Source: an uncultured Alphaproteobacteria bacterium
Lineage (GTDB): Bacteria > Pseudomonadota > Alphaproteobacteria > RF32 > CAG-239
Assembly (NCBI GenBank): GCA_944391705.1
Contig: CALXUN010000004.1
Coordinates: forward strand, 13,126 to 77,125
Length of the DNA: 64,000 nt
Direction of reading: 5' to 3'
Within the stretch, counting starts at the first letter, position 1; each line of letters begins with the position of its first letter. The translations under genes and the position numbers were made by a program. This document shows, one piece after another, positions 37,729 to 48,873 of the stretch. Under the pieces are notes generated by a model. It saw nothing but the letters and a program-made list of their open reading frames with translations, was not told the origin of the DNA and ran no database searches.

Positions 37729-40143
37729 CTAATATTCACCGCCGACTTGAAGCATATCGTCATTATTATCAAGCACCACGGCTTCTTCACCGTCGCCGCC
37801 GATAACCCTTTGATTAGAGGCATCAAAACTGTAATCCGGCTTCAAGGCTTCGGTAATAACGGTATCATCACCCGGCTGGGACAATTTACCGGTCTTCGGA
37901 TTAATCCGCACCAGTTTAATCCCTTGCGGAATACGGAAGTTTGTATCCGGAACATCTTTTAAGGCTTCTTGCATAAAGCTGTAAAAAATAGGCAAAGCCG
38001 CAGCAGCACCGGTTTCATAACGGCCAAGCGTTTCCGGTTCATCATACCCGACATAAACACCGGCCACCAAATCCGGTGAAAAACCTATAAACCAGGCATC
38101 TTTGGTATCATTGCTGGTACCGGTCTTACCGCCCAGATGACGTTTCAGACTGCGCAGCCTGGCACCGGTTCCGCGCAAAACCACACCCTCCAAAATTGAG
38201 GTCATTTGATAAGCCGTAAGCGGGTCAATAATCTGCTCACGCATATCCGGCCGCTCGGGCGGGGTTTGTCCTTCCCATTTGTCGGCATTGCAATCCGGAC
38301 AATCATAATTATCATGTTTAAAAATTGTTTTTCCGGTTCTGTCCTGTATCCTTTCAATCAGATAAGGCGTCACTTTCTTGCCGCCGTTGACAACAATGCC
38401 ATATGCACTGGTCATGTCAATAACCCGGGCGGAAGCCGCACCTAAAGAAGAAGAAAGGTATTGCGGCAGATGCTCATTAATACCCACCCTTTTAGCCATT
38501 TCGGCCACCTTATCCATACCTATATCCTGTGCCAAACGCACGGTCATCAGGTTTTTGGATTGCTCAACCCCCTGACGCAGCGTCATCAGTCCGTAAAACT
38601 TTTTCGAATAGTTAACCGGCTTCCATTTCGGCATCCCCGCTCCCTGATCAAGTACAAACGGTGCATCCAAAATCAAATCATTCGGAGAATAGCCCATTTC
38701 AAGTGCCGCAAGATAAACAAACGGCTTAAAAGCCGAACCGGTCTGGCGGTAAGCCTGAGTTGCACGGTTAAACTGCGATTTTTCAAACGAGAAACCGCCC
38801 ACCAGTGCCAAAACTTTTCCCGTATGCGGATCAATAACGGCCATACCGCCTTCAACATCCGGCACCTGTCTTAAAGCATAAGCATCTTCGCCGTCTTTTA
38901 ATCTTTCGGCATAAATGACATCACCGGCATTTAAAACTTTTGCAACCGAATTCGGTTCGTCCCCGACAAATTTATTCTTCAAAGCCGGCTTGGCCCATTT
39001 TAAATCCTTAAGATAAATATACCCCTTATCGCCGTCTTCGGTTTCAATCTCGGCTTTGTCTTGTCCGGTTTTCAAAACCACAGCCTTTTCCCATGACGGT
39101 TCAGCACCTCTGATGAGTTTTGCTTCTTTTAATGCTTTCTGATAATCGCCCTCAAGAGAAATTTGAACTTCCGCGCCGCGCCAACCGTGCCGGACATCAT
39201 AATCAAGCAAACCTTTACGGAATGCCTTGGTAGCAATGGACTGTATTTTCGGATTAATGGTCGTCCGGACAATCAGCCCGCCCTCATATAACGCATCTTC
39301 GCCCAAATTATGGACAATCGTCCGCCGGACTTCTTCACTGTAATATTCGGCATCTTTTAAAAAGCCGGTTTTACGCTCAACGGTAACTAAAGGCTTAGCC
39401 TTGGCGCTTTCCGCTTCTTCGGGAGTAACATAGCCGTCTTCAACCATCCGGCCGATAACCCAGTTGCGGCGTGCCACCGCCGCATCATAACGGCGGACGG
39501 GATGATAGTTGTTCGGCCCTTTAGGCAATGCCGCCAGATAAGCAATTTCTTCCAAAGAAAGCTCATCTAAGGCTTTGTTAAAGTAGTTCAGCGCCGCGGC
39601 AGCCACCCCGTAAGAACGGTTTCCGAGATAAATTTCATTTAAATACAGCTCCAGAATATGATCTTTACTGAAAGCATTATTCATACGATTCGCCAAAATG
39701 GCTTCTTTAATTTTGCGCACATATGAAACTTCCGAACTGAGTAAAAAGTTTTTGGCAACCTGCTGGGTAATGGTTGAGGCACCGCTCGGACGACGACCGG
39801 TACCGATATTTTTGATATTATTGATAACAGCTCTGACAATACCGATATAATCAATGCCGCCATGCTGATAAAAGTGCTTGTCTTCTGCTGAAATAAAAGC
39901 CTGTTTAACGCGTTCGGGGATTTTATCGACCGGAACAAACAAACGTTTTTCGGCGGCATATTCCATTAACAATTGTCCGTCGCCGGCAAACAGACGGGTT
40001 GTGACAGCCGGTTCATATTTGGCCAGCTGGCGGTAATCCGGCAGGTCTTTGCTTAAGACGCCAAAAACAATCATCAGCGCAATCAACCCCAAAATTGCAA
40101 AAAACATTCCGGCACTTACCAGTGTTGAAAAAAATCTAAACAT
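37729..40143 (-). CDS. mrcA: Penicillin-binding protein 1A (bifunctional transglycosylase/transpeptidase)
   Basis: 804 aa with GT51 motifs (EDKHFYQHGGID, RQGxSTITQQ) and transpeptidase motifs SxxK (TGSAFKP), SxN and KTG (KTGT). Confidence 0.9.
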   Translation of the reverse strand: MFRFFSTLVSAGMFFAILGLIALMIVFGVLSKDLPDYRQLAKYEPAVTTRLFAGDGQLLMEYAAEKRLFVPVDKIPERVKQAFISAEDKHFYQHGGIDYIGIVRAVINNIKNIGTGRRPSGASTITQQVAKNFLLSSEVSYVRKIKEAILANRMNNAFSKDHILELYLNEIYLGNRSYGVAAAALNYFNKALDELSLEEIAYLAALPKGPNNYHPVRRYDAAVARRNWVIGRMVEDGYVTPEEAESAKAKPLVTVERKTGFLKDAEYYSEEVRRTIVHNLGEDALYEGGLIVRTTINPKIQSIATKAFRKGLLDYDVRHGWRGAEVQISLEGDYQKALKEAKLIRGAEPSWEKAVVLKTGQDKAEIETEDGDKGYIYLKDLKWAKPALKNKFVGDEPNSVAKVLNAGDVIYAERLKDGEDAYALRQVPDVEGGMAVIDPHTGKVLALVGGFSFEKSQFNRATQAYRQTGSAFKPFVYLAALEMGYSPNDLILDAPFVLDQGAGMPKWKPVNYSKKFYGLMTLRQGVEQSKNLMTVRLAQDIGMDKVAEMAKRVGINEHLPQYLSSSLGAASARVIDMTSAYGIVVNGGKKVTPYLIERIQDRTGKTIFKHDNYDCPDCNADKWEGQTPPERPDMREQIIDPLTAYQMTSILEGVVLRGTGARLRSLKRHLGGKTGTSNDTKDAWFIGFSPDLVAGVYVGYDEPETLGRYETGAAAALPIFYSFMQEALKDVPDTNFRIPQGIKLVRINPKTGKLSQPGDDTVITEALKPDYSFDASNQRVIGGDGEEAVVLDNNDDMLQVGGEY

Positions 40144-40264
40144 GCATCAAACCCGTCATTTCAAACTTTGATATTTCCGCCACTTTAGTACATTTAATTT
40201 AAATTGCAAAAGAAAATTTAAAATATCAAAACCTTATCCCGGCCGGAATAACATTTTAACCCGA

Positions 40265-41518
40265 TTAATACAAAGCAGCAATTTCCGGATCGTTAAAATA
40301 ACGGTCAATTGCTTTTGACGCAGACGTTGCCAGTTTTTTACGATAGCTGCTTTGTTTTAAGAGTTTTTCTTCCGTACGATTGGACAGATAACCCATTTCC
40401 AGCAAAACCGACGGAATATCCGGTGCTTTCAAAACCGCAAAGCCGGCAAAACGGTGGGTATTGCTGACAAGCTTGACCGTTTTGCTCATTTCGCCGACCA
40501 TATAAGTTGCAAACTTGGAAGATTTATTGCGGCTGTCGGTTTGAGAAAGCGAAATCAGAATATCATTAATTTCTTTGGAATTTTCCGAAAAATCAACCCC
40601 GCCGATAATATCAACCTTGTTTTCCCGCTCGGCCAAAGCCGCTGCTTCCTTATCGGAAGCCTTTTCGGAAAGTGTATAAACCGATAAACCCGTTGCATTA
40701 CGGTTTAAGGCGCTGTCGGCATGGATAGACATAAACAAATCCGCTTTATAACGCTGGGCAATCCGTACCCGCTGCCGAAGCGGAATAAAAACATCCGTAC
40801 TGCGCGTCAAATAAACCGTATAGCCTTTTTTCTCCAAAATTGACTTTAATTCTTTGCCCATGGCAAGTGTAATGTTTTTTTCATAAGTTTTGCCGTAAAC
40901 ACCGATGGCACCCGGATCTTTGCCGCCGTGTCCGGGGTCTAAAACGATAATTTTTTTACGTGCTTTACGCGGTTTATTTTCATCATTAAAAAACCAGTTT
41001 TTATCGTCATTTGAAGCGGTCTTGACATTCTGGTCGTCACGGCTGGAAAAAGCATGTTTTGACCCGACCTTGGCCTTAAAATCCCGTTCCGAACACAATG
41101 CCACGTCAATAACAAAGCGCCATTTCATATTGCTTTGCGGTTTTAAGGTAAATGCTTTTTTAATAAAAACCGGCTTTAAAAGATCAAACACCACCCGTTT
41201 GTTATTACCGTCAAGCTTGCCGACACGGGTTTGGGAAATAATGTTGTTTTTATCGCTTTGCAGCGTATTCTTAACATCCATATCATAGACATCAACCACC
41301 AGGCGTTTCGGATCCGTTAATAAGAAAGCCTTATAATCAAAGGCCTCATCAGCTTCAAATACGATTCGCACACTGCCGACCTGCTGCCCGATTCGCATAT
41401 TGGTAATATTGCCGGCCAAAGCATTGCCGGAAAGCATCAGCACACACCAGAACAATGCGGCTGCAAAAAAAACGCACAGCCGAAACATTCTGTTCAATCC
41501 TGATATTATGCCAGTCAT
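40265..41518 (-). CDS. amiC: N-acetylmuramoyl-L-alanine amidase (AMIN domain + Amidase_3)
   Basis: 417 aa with signal/TM, N-terminal AMIN-like beta domain, and a C-terminal DPGHGGxDPG...SIHAD catalytic domain. Confidence 0.85.
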   Translation of the reverse strand: MTGIISGLNRMFRLCVFFAAALFWCVLMLSGNALAGNITNMRIGQQVGSVRIVFEADEAFDYKAFLLTDPKRLVVDVYDMDVKNTLQSDKNNIISQTRVGKLDGNNKRVVFDLLKPVFIKKAFTLKPQSNMKWRFVIDVALCSERDFKAKVGSKHAFSSRDDQNVKTASNDDKNWFFNDENKPRKARKKIIVLDPGHGGKDPGAIGVYGKTYEKNITLAMGKELKSILEKKGYTVYLTRSTDVFIPLRQRVRIAQRYKADLFMSIHADSALNRNATGLSVYTLSEKASDKEAAALAERENKVDIIGGVDFSENSKEINDILISLSQTDSRNKSSKFATYMVGEMSKTVKLVSNTHRFAGFAVLKAPDIPSVLLEMGYLSNRTEEKLLKQSSYRKKLATSASKAIDRYFNDPEIAALY

Positions 41519-41981
41519 TTTCTCTCCATAAAATTTTATTAAAAATTGTAACGCAGACTTATTACCAATCTGTTAAAAAAAACGCTCGGTCGCAAAATTT
41601 AACAAATTAAATGTTGTAAAACAAATTAAGTGTTGTAATTTAAAACAAATCCTATATTGTAGGTAAAAGACCGGATTTTTATGCACTGATATAAGGGAAT
41701 ACTGCCACAGATTATGATTGTTTACTTTCCCTTACCTGAGGTGCCGCCGTCATTTCATAACGAAGCGATGTGCCCCGGTTTAAAAAACTGCAGGATATTA
41801 TTGCTTTTAAAAACGCAACTGAGAACCAAGAATTAAGATTTTTAAAAGCAGACATAAAAAAACAGCCGGCGCATTGGTCGCCGTTTATGATACAAAAAAG
41901 GGAAAGCCCCGAAGCATCTTTGTTTGTTATGACTTTAATATCCGGCATAATAAAAACAAATTATATTTATAGGAAAATGTT

Positions 41982-44381
41982 ATGACAAAGAGAATGTTAA
42001 TTGACGACACCCAGCCGGAAGAAACCAGAGTCGTTATTGTTGATGGAAATAAAGTTGAAGATGTTGAAATAGAATCAAGCTCCCGCAAACAAATCAAAGG
42101 CAATATATACACGGCAAAAGTTATCAGGGTTGAACCCTCGCTCCAGGCCGCTTTTATTGATTACGGCGGCAACAAGCACGGCTTTTTGGCATTTGGTGAA
42201 ATCCACCCGGATTATTATCATGCCAGCCCGGAACTTTTGGAAACCGTTGACCGGGAAGTAGATGAAATAATTGAACGTAAAAAACAATATTTGAAAGAAC
42301 GCGAAGAACAGCGTGAACGCATACGGGCTGAAAAACAGGCTTTATATGAAGCGCGTAAACGCGAAGAAGAAGCTAAAAAAGCTGCTGAAGCTGCCGAACA
42401 AAATCAAAACATCAATAACTCGCCTGAAAAAACAGAGGCAAAAGAAAACACGACACAAACAACAGAAAACGGAGATACCCCGGCCGAAGATACCGCTCCG
42501 GCAGAAACTAAGCCGCAGGTAAAGCAAAAGCGTAAATACACCCGCCGCAAAACCGTCAAAAAAACATCCGACGACGGAAATACTGAAGAAGAAGAAAAAA
42601 CACCGGCAGCCGACACTCCGGCAAATGAAGATTTTAAAACACTGGCTGACCAACAGGAAAATACCGACCCCGTAATTCGGGAGGATACCGATGATGAAGA
42701 ACGTAGCGATGATACAGAAGAAAATGATGATAACGAAATGGAAATTTCTTCTGACAATGACGATGATGATATTGATACGGACAATGACTTTGAGATTCAG
42801 CGTAAACTTTTACGTGCCCGTAAACTATATCATTACAGCACCATCCAGGATGTCATCAAAGAAGGACAAACGCTTCTTATTCAAATTGTCAAAGAAGAGC
42901 GCGGCAACAAAGGTGCGGCCTGCACGACATACCTGTCTTTGGCCGGCAGATACTGTGTTTTAATGCCTAACCGTATCAAAAGCGGCGGCGTTTCCCGCAA
43001 AATCACCAATGCTGCTGACAGAAAACGGTTAAAAGACATTATGAAAGAACTGCCTTTAACCGATGAAATGTCCATGATTATCCGCACTGCCGGCGAAGAT
43101 AAAACCAAGGCCGACATCGTCCGTGATTACAATTATCTGATACGCGCCTGGAACCATATCCGCTTAAATGCTTTAAAAAATAAAGTTCCGTCAATGATTT
43201 ATGAAGAAGGAGATTTGATTAAACGGGCCTTGCGCGATATGTATACCAAAGATATCTCGGAAGTTATCGTTGACGGCAACAATGCTTATAAAGCTGCCAA
43301 AGATTTTGTTAAAATCTTATCTCCGCACAATTTGAAAAAAATCAAATGCCGGCGGCCAAATGAAATGCCCTTATTCCAACGTTTTCAAATAGAAACACAG
43401 CTTGATAAGCTGCACAGTCCGGTTGTCCAGCTTGAATCGGGGGGATATCTGGTCATCAATCCGACCGAAGCATTGGTTGCCATAGATGTTAACTCCGGCC
43501 GTGCCACCAAAGAAAAGGACATTGAGGAAACAGCCTTAAAGACCAATCTGGAAGCTGCCGATGAAATTGCCAAGCAATTAAAAATGCGCAACTTGGCCGG
43601 GTTGATTGTCATTGACTTTATTGACATGGACGAAGCTAAAAACAACCAGGCCGTGGAAAAGCGGATGAAAGAGGCCTTAAAAACCGACCGCGCCCGTATC
43701 CAGATAGCAAAGATGAGTTGTTTTGGCCTGCTGGAAATTTCACGTCAGCGGATGCATTCTTCATTTATCGAAAGCAATTACCAACCCTGCCCGTTCTGCC
43801 AGGGACAAGGCGTTGTCCGCACCACGGAATCCTGTGCGATGTTTATTTTGCGCGCCATAGAAGAAGAAGGAACCAAAAACCGTTCTTCCAAAGTAAATGT
43901 ATATGTTCCGACCGAAACAGCCATTTATCTTTTAAACCGGAAACGCAAAAATTTATGCGAATTGGAAGAACGTTATAAAATGTCTATTGTCATTTCCGCC
44001 GACGACGGCATTAAAAACATTTCCGAATACCGTATTGAAAGAGTAAAACAAACCAAAGCCTCTGAAACTGAAGAAGAAAATACACCAACCACGACTTATG
44101 CCGAAGTCGAAAATGAAAGTTACGATGAGGAAAACAACGATTATGCCGCCGATGACGAAAAAGAAGACAGCAGCCGTCAAGGCAACCGCCGTTTCCGCGG
44201 ACGCCGTTCTTATTACGACCGGCGGCGCGGCAGATTCGGGCGCCGTGATGAAAACGGCAGCAACGTAAAAGATTTTCCGGCAACTGATAACCGGGAAAAC
44301 GGCCATGCTGCTCCAAATGAACCGGCAAGTGAAAACAAAAAGGAGGAAAAAGTGGCATGGTGGCGGAAGTTAATCGGATAA
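41982..44381 (+). CDS. rne: Ribonuclease E
   Basis: N-terminal S1 domain (MLIDDTQPEETRVVIVDG...IYTAKVIRVEPSLQAAFIDYG). Acidic/lysine-rich low-complexity insertion at roughly 42.28-42.80 kb; Arg-rich C-terminus. Confidence 0.85.
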   Translation: MTKRMLIDDTQPEETRVVIVDGNKVEDVEIESSSRKQIKGNIYTAKVIRVEPSLQAAFIDYGGNKHGFLAFGEIHPDYYHASPELLETVDREVDEIIERKKQYLKEREEQRERIRAEKQALYEARKREEEAKKAAEAAEQNQNINNSPEKTEAKENTTQTTENGDTPAEDTAPAETKPQVKQKRKYTRRKTVKKTSDDGNTEEEEKTPAADTPANEDFKTLADQQENTDPVIREDTDDEERSDDTEENDDNEMEISSDNDDDDIDTDNDFEIQRKLLRARKLYHYSTIQDVIKEGQTLLIQIVKEERGNKGAACTTYLSLAGRYCVLMPNRIKSGGVSRKITNAADRKRLKDIMKELPLTDEMSMIIRTAGEDKTKADIVRDYNYLIRAWNHIRLNALKNKVPSMIYEEGDLIKRALRDMYTKDISEVIVDGNNAYKAAKDFVKILSPHNLKKIKCRRPNEMPLFQRFQIETQLDKLHSPVVQLESGGYLVINPTEALVAIDVNSGRATKEKDIEETALKTNLEAADEIAKQLKMRNLAGLIVIDFIDMDEAKNNQAVEKRMKEALKTDRARIQIAKMSCFGLLEISRQRMHSSFIESNYQPCPFCQGQGVVRTTESCAMFILRAIEEEGTKNRSSKVNVYVPTETAIYLLNRKRKNLCELEERYKMSIVISADDGIKNISEYRIERVKQTKASETEEENTPTTTYAEVENESYDEENNDYAADDEKEDSSRQGNRRFRGRRSYYDRRRGRFGRRDENGSNVKDFPATDNRENGHAAPNEPASENKKEEKVAWWRKLIG

Positions 44382-45733
44382 GCCGGCTAAGGTCTTTCTT
44401 TTCCGGACTAAAAAAACATTGCCGAGTTTTGTCGTTTGCTGTTTTTTTCTGCCTGCTGGTTTTACCCTGCCGGAATGCTTTTTCGTTATCTCTTATTTCC
44501 GATGACGAAACCGAAACATTTTTACATAACATCATCCGCCCGATTTTTAACGCCGCCGGCGTGCCTTTTAATGCCAATAAAGTGTTTATACTCAATGACC
44601 CGTCGCTTAACGCATTCGTCAGCGACGGGAACTATTTGTTTATCCACACCGGTACGTTAATGAATGCTGATAATGTCAACGAATTAAGCGGTATCATCGC
44701 CCATGAGGCCGGACATATATCCGGCGGACACATTGTCCGGCAAAAACTGCGCCTTAATCAGTTTCAGACGCTGGCGGCCGTTTCTTTAATTGCCGCCGGT
44801 GCGACGGCCGCTGCTTCCGGCAATGGCGATGCAGCCATGGCCGTAATGTTGGGCTCTCAAAGTTCGCTTATCAATACCATGACGGCCTACCAGATGCAGG
44901 AAGAGCGAAGCGCTGATGAAAGCGCCGTCAAATATCTTGAACAAACCGGCCAATCGCCGCTCGGGCTTAAAACGTTCATGAAGAAAATAAGCCGCTTAAA
45001 CCGCTTAAGCGGATATGAAGAAATGCCCTACTTCAGCACCCACCCGATGAACAGCGAACGCGCCGCATTTTTCAACCAGGCATTAGATAAGTCGTCTGGC
45101 AGCACAAACTCTCCTTATGATGCCGAATTTCAAATTATCAAAGCCAAGCTTTCAGCCTTTTTGCTGCCGACCGCCCAGGTTCTGAAAAAATATCCCGAAA
45201 CTGACCATACACCGGCCGGACGCTATGCCCGTGCCATTTTGTCTTATCGGGAAGGAAAACTCCCGCAAGCTTTAAAAATTCTGGATTCCTTAAGTCTTTC
45301 CCAACCGGATAATCCGTATTTTTATGAGTTAAAAGGACAATTTTTATTTGAAAGCGGTAAAATAGAAGAAGCTTTAAAAGCTTATCAAAAAGCTTTGCAG
45401 CTGCGGCCGGATTCGCCCGAGATTATGCTGGGCTGGGCACAAACCGCCATGGAAGCACCGCACGGTAAAACCCAGCTTGCAAAAATCATTACCGGACTAA
45501 ACCAAACTCAGCTAAAACGTCCGAATTTAGTTGCCTGGCAGCTCCTTTCCCGGGCCTATGAAGAAAATAAACAAACTGCGGAAATGTATTATGCCGCCGC
45601 ACAATACAGCATCGGCATCCGTAATTTTGAGGCAGCCAGACGGCAGATTGAAGCTGCCGAACAGGCTGATCCCCCGGCGGATTTAAAGTTGCGCTTAAAA
45701 GATTTAAAAATAAAACTCAATCAGTCAAACTGA
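44357..45733 (+). CDS. M48-family metalloprotease with TPR repeats (BepA/YfgC-like)
   Basis: HEAGHISGGH zinc motif plus C-terminal TPR region. Start is uncertain: the ATG overlaps the rne 3' end, and the signal-like segment follows. Confidence 0.7.
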   Translation: MVAEVNRISRLRSFFSGLKKHCRVLSFAVFFCLLVLPCRNAFSLSLISDDETETFLHNIIRPIFNAAGVPFNANKVFILNDPSLNAFVSDGNYLFIHTGTLMNADNVNELSGIIAHEAGHISGGHIVRQKLRLNQFQTLAAVSLIAAGATAAASGNGDAAMAVMLGSQSSLINTMTAYQMQEERSADESAVKYLEQTGQSPLGLKTFMKKISRLNRLSGYEEMPYFSTHPMNSERAAFFNQALDKSSGSTNSPYDAEFQIIKAKLSAFLLPTAQVLKKYPETDHTPAGRYARAILSYREGKLPQALKILDSLSLSQPDNPYFYELKGQFLFESGKIEEALKAYQKALQLRPDSPEIMLGWAQTAMEAPHGKTQLAKIITGLNQTQLKRPNLVAWQLLSRAYEENKQTAEMYYAAAQYSIGIRNFEAARRQIEAAEQADPPADLKLRLKDLKIKLNQSN

Positions 45734-45737
45734 ATTG

Positions 45738-46202
45738 TCAAAAATCGTCATGAGCTAAAAACTCATTTATCTGTCCGGTTAAATATTTGGTAAAGTAATC
45801 CTCATCATCGGCAAAATCCTGCAAGTTGTTGATTTTATGCCAGCCCAGCATTTCCCCGTTGCTGATTTTTACCAAAACCATCGCAAGAGGCGTATACAAA
45901 TCATAGGCCTCAGCATAATTAAAACCGTCTTCATCAGTATAATCAATCACAAAAAGGCTGTAAAGACCGGCAAATTCGTCATTATAAACTTCTTCTGCCA
46001 GTTCAATGGCCTGCGGACACTCATAACATTGCTGCCCGTTATAAAAAAGATAAATAATTGACCTGTTATAATTGGCCTTATCAGCGGCAAAATATTCCTC
46101 CAGCGGCTGGCTGTCAGCAAAATTTTCATCAAAAACCGACTGCGCCTGCACATTTAAAATCATCAGACAGGTAAAAATACCAGCCCAGAATAACTTTTCC
46201 AT
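45738..46202 (-). CDS. Hypothetical secreted protein (154 aa)
   Basis: Signal peptide MEKLFWAGIFTCLMILNVQA; acidic; contains a CYECPQ motif. Confidence 0.4.
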   Translation of the reverse strand: MEKLFWAGIFTCLMILNVQAQSVFDENFADSQPLEEYFAADKANYNRSIIYLFYNGQQCYECPQAIELAEEVYNDEFAGLYSLFVIDYTDEDGFNYAEAYDLYTPLAMVLVKISNGEMLGWHKINNLQDFADDEDYFTKYLTGQINEFLAHDDF

Positions 46203-46223
46203 ATATTTCCTCCGCCAAAAATT

Positions 46224-47906
46224 TTAAAGCGGAGAGCAGGCAGCCTTTAACCATTCTTTCTCTTTGGCATCCATATACGGAGCTAAACAGCTGAATACCT
46301 CTTGATGATAACTGTTTAGCCAGCCCTGCTCTTCGCTGCTTAACAGATATTTATCAATCAGATGTTTATCAATAGGAATTAAGGTTAGGTTTTTAAATTT
46401 TAAGAACCCCTCTTTACCGGCAGGTACGCTATAAATCATATTTTCAATCCGGATGCCGAAAGCCCCTTCTTTATAATATCCCGGCTCATTAGAAGTTACA
46501 TAACTTTCATAAATTGGACAGACATTGTTCGGACTAATGGCAAACGGCCCTTCGTGCACATTTGAAAAATGTCCGACGCCATGTCCGGTGCCATGAGCAT
46601 AATTCATGCCATATGCCCATAAACGACTGCGGGCGATAGCATCAAGTGCCTGTCCCGGTGTTGCTTCAGGGAAACATGCCGTTGCCAGAGCAATATGCGC
46701 TTTCAACACATAAGTAAAAGCTTTTTTAATTTCATCAGAAGGGTTTCCCAATGCAATGGTGCGGGTAACATCGGTGGTACCGTCATAATATTGCGCCCCG
46801 CTGTCTATCAACAAAACACTGTCCTTTACAAGCGCTGAATTGTGTTGTTCCGACGGCTGGTAATGAACAATAGCCGCGTTAGCACCACTTGCGGCAATCG
46901 TACCAAAACTATCGGAAAAAAATAAATCCTGTTGCCGGCGGAATTCGCCCAGTTTTTGTACCACATCCCACTCGCTTATACCCTGCCAATTGCTATCAAG
47001 CCAACATAAAAATTTGACCACGGCAACGCCGTCACGGATATGGCAATTTTTAAAACCTTCCAATTCTGTTGCATTTTTGACAAGTTTTATTTTAGCTGCC
47101 GGACTGATACCTTTAAAGCACAAATCAACCCCGTCCGGCAATATCTTCAAAATTTGCTGTGGTGTATCTGCAATATCGCCCCAAACTGACCGACCGCAAT
47201 ATTTTTGTAAATCGGCCGTAAGTGCTTTCAATGGTTTAATATTCTCATAAGTACATCCATCGGCATAAACAAACGCTTTACCTGAACGATCAAGCAAAAC
47301 ATAAGCCCGTAAAACAGGCGTATCCGGCAAAGTATGCGAACGCAAATTCATAAGCCATGAAACCTGATCTGCCGCCGTTATCAACATTGCCGCATATTTT
47401 TTGGGCAGCGCCTCAATCACAGCTGCACATTTTTCGGCAGCGGATTTTCCGGCAAACCGGATATCATGTTCAAACACCTCAACGGCATCATCAGTCACGA
47501 TACCATCAACCAGTTCTTCTTCTCGTAAAGTGATATCTGTAAATACCTCTTGCAAATAACGAACATTTTTTATAGAAACACTCCTCGGGTCATAAGCCAG
47601 TTCCGAAACACCGCTTTCGCGGCATAATTTTCCCAAAGTCAGAAAAAATTGGTTTGTATCGACAACCGTTATCTGCTGCGGATTCGTTTCCTGCCGTGCC
47701 TGAATGGAATAACGTCCGTCAACCAGTAAAAACGCCTGCTCAGGCAAAACCAAAAGCATAGCGGCAGAACCGGAAAATCCTGTCAATTCAAGAATTTTAT
47801 TTTCCTTTTCAAGAACATCTTGCCCCAAAAACATATTATTCATAGTCTGCATATAAGCCTGAATATTTCTTTGCCGCAATTTGCGTTGCAAATCTTCCAG
47901 TATCAT
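46224..47906 (-). CDS. pepP: Xaa-Pro aminopeptidase (M24B)
   Basis: 560 aa long-form APP; conserved HGTGHGVGHFSNVHE metal-binding motif. Confidence 0.8.
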   Translation of the reverse strand: MILEDLQRKLRQRNIQAYMQTMNNMFLGQDVLEKENKILELTGFSGSAAMLLVLPEQAFLLVDGRYSIQARQETNPQQITVVDTNQFFLTLGKLCRESGVSELAYDPRSVSIKNVRYLQEVFTDITLREEELVDGIVTDDAVEVFEHDIRFAGKSAAEKCAAVIEALPKKYAAMLITAADQVSWLMNLRSHTLPDTPVLRAYVLLDRSGKAFVYADGCTYENIKPLKALTADLQKYCGRSVWGDIADTPQQILKILPDGVDLCFKGISPAAKIKLVKNATELEGFKNCHIRDGVAVVKFLCWLDSNWQGISEWDVVQKLGEFRRQQDLFFSDSFGTIAASGANAAIVHYQPSEQHNSALVKDSVLLIDSGAQYYDGTTDVTRTIALGNPSDEIKKAFTYVLKAHIALATACFPEATPGQALDAIARSRLWAYGMNYAHGTGHGVGHFSNVHEGPFAISPNNVCPIYESYVTSNEPGYYKEGAFGIRIENMIYSVPAGKEGFLKFKNLTLIPIDKHLIDKYLLSSEEQGWLNSYHQEVFSCLAPYMDAKEKEWLKAACSPL

Positions 47907-48784
47907 CGCTTTTTCTCCATCAAAACCGCATGCCAGTTGTCAATATCATAAACTTTTACCAATTTAAGCCCCTGCTCTTCGTGAGCAGAAACCACCCAGC
48001 CGATTTGGTCATCAATAAAGCCCGAAAGGACGGCAAAACCACCGGGTTTAAGATTAGCTCTCAGCTGCGGCGCCATTTCAATCAACGGGCGGGCTAAAAT
48101 ATTAGCCAAGATAATGTCATATGGTGCGTTTTGTTTGATAATCTCTGCTTGATAACCATCGCTTTGCACCACGTCGATATATTTTTCCAGATGATTATCA
48201 TAAGCATTCTGCGCCGTTACATTGACCGATTCTACATCAATGTCAGCCGCCACAATATGCGGTTCGTCTTTTGCCCAGAGCTTGGCGCAAGCCAGCGACA
48301 AAATGCCCGACCCGGTACCCATATCCAAAATTTTTCGATGCTTTGCACCCGATACGCTCAAATCACTTATGGCTTGCAAGCAAGACTTCGTCGTCTGATG
48401 TGATGACCCGAAAGCCGTGGCGGCATATATTCTTATGGCTAGTTTATCTGTTTGCGGCGTTTGTTTTTCATGCACGCCGTAAACACAAAAATCAGCCACT
48501 TCAATCGGCGGAAATTCAATCACGTTATCGGCAAGCCAGTTTTCGCTTGTCAATTTTTCAACCCTGTAAGGCAAAAGTTCAACTCCGACAGCGGCTGCCT
48601 GCTGGTGCATATCATCGGCGCTGAAATCCGTGCCGGCATAACCGACATATTCTTCTTTGCCGTCATCGGTATAATTACAGGCCGTTACTTCAAAATAGCC
48701 GTCTAAAAAATCAGCTGTTGCAGCCGGCACATTTTCAACCGGTGCAAACTTAACCATAAGGCATTCAGATAAATTCTTCTTCAT
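47903..48784 (-). CDS. prmA: Ribosomal protein L11 methyltransferase
   Basis: SAM-binding LDMGTGSGILS motif with DID acidic residue; 4-bp overlap with pepP. Confidence 0.75.
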   Translation of the reverse strand: MKKNLSECLMVKFAPVENVPAATADFLDGYFEVTACNYTDDGKEEYVGYAGTDFSADDMHQQAAAVGVELLPYRVEKLTSENWLADNVIEFPPIEVADFCVYGVHEKQTPQTDKLAIRIYAATAFGSSHQTTKSCLQAISDLSVSGAKHRKILDMGTGSGILSLACAKLWAKDEPHIVAADIDVESVNVTAQNAYDNHLEKYIDVVQSDGYQAEIIKQNAPYDIILANILARPLIEMAPQLRANLKPGGFAVLSGFIDDQIGWVVSAHEEQGLKLVKVYDIDNWHAVLMEKKR

Positions 48785-48873
48785 ATCATTCCATTTGTTA
48801 TTGATTTATTTACCAAATTTAATCTATATTATTTCACAGAATATGTTTAAACATTAAAAAAGAGATTAATCCG

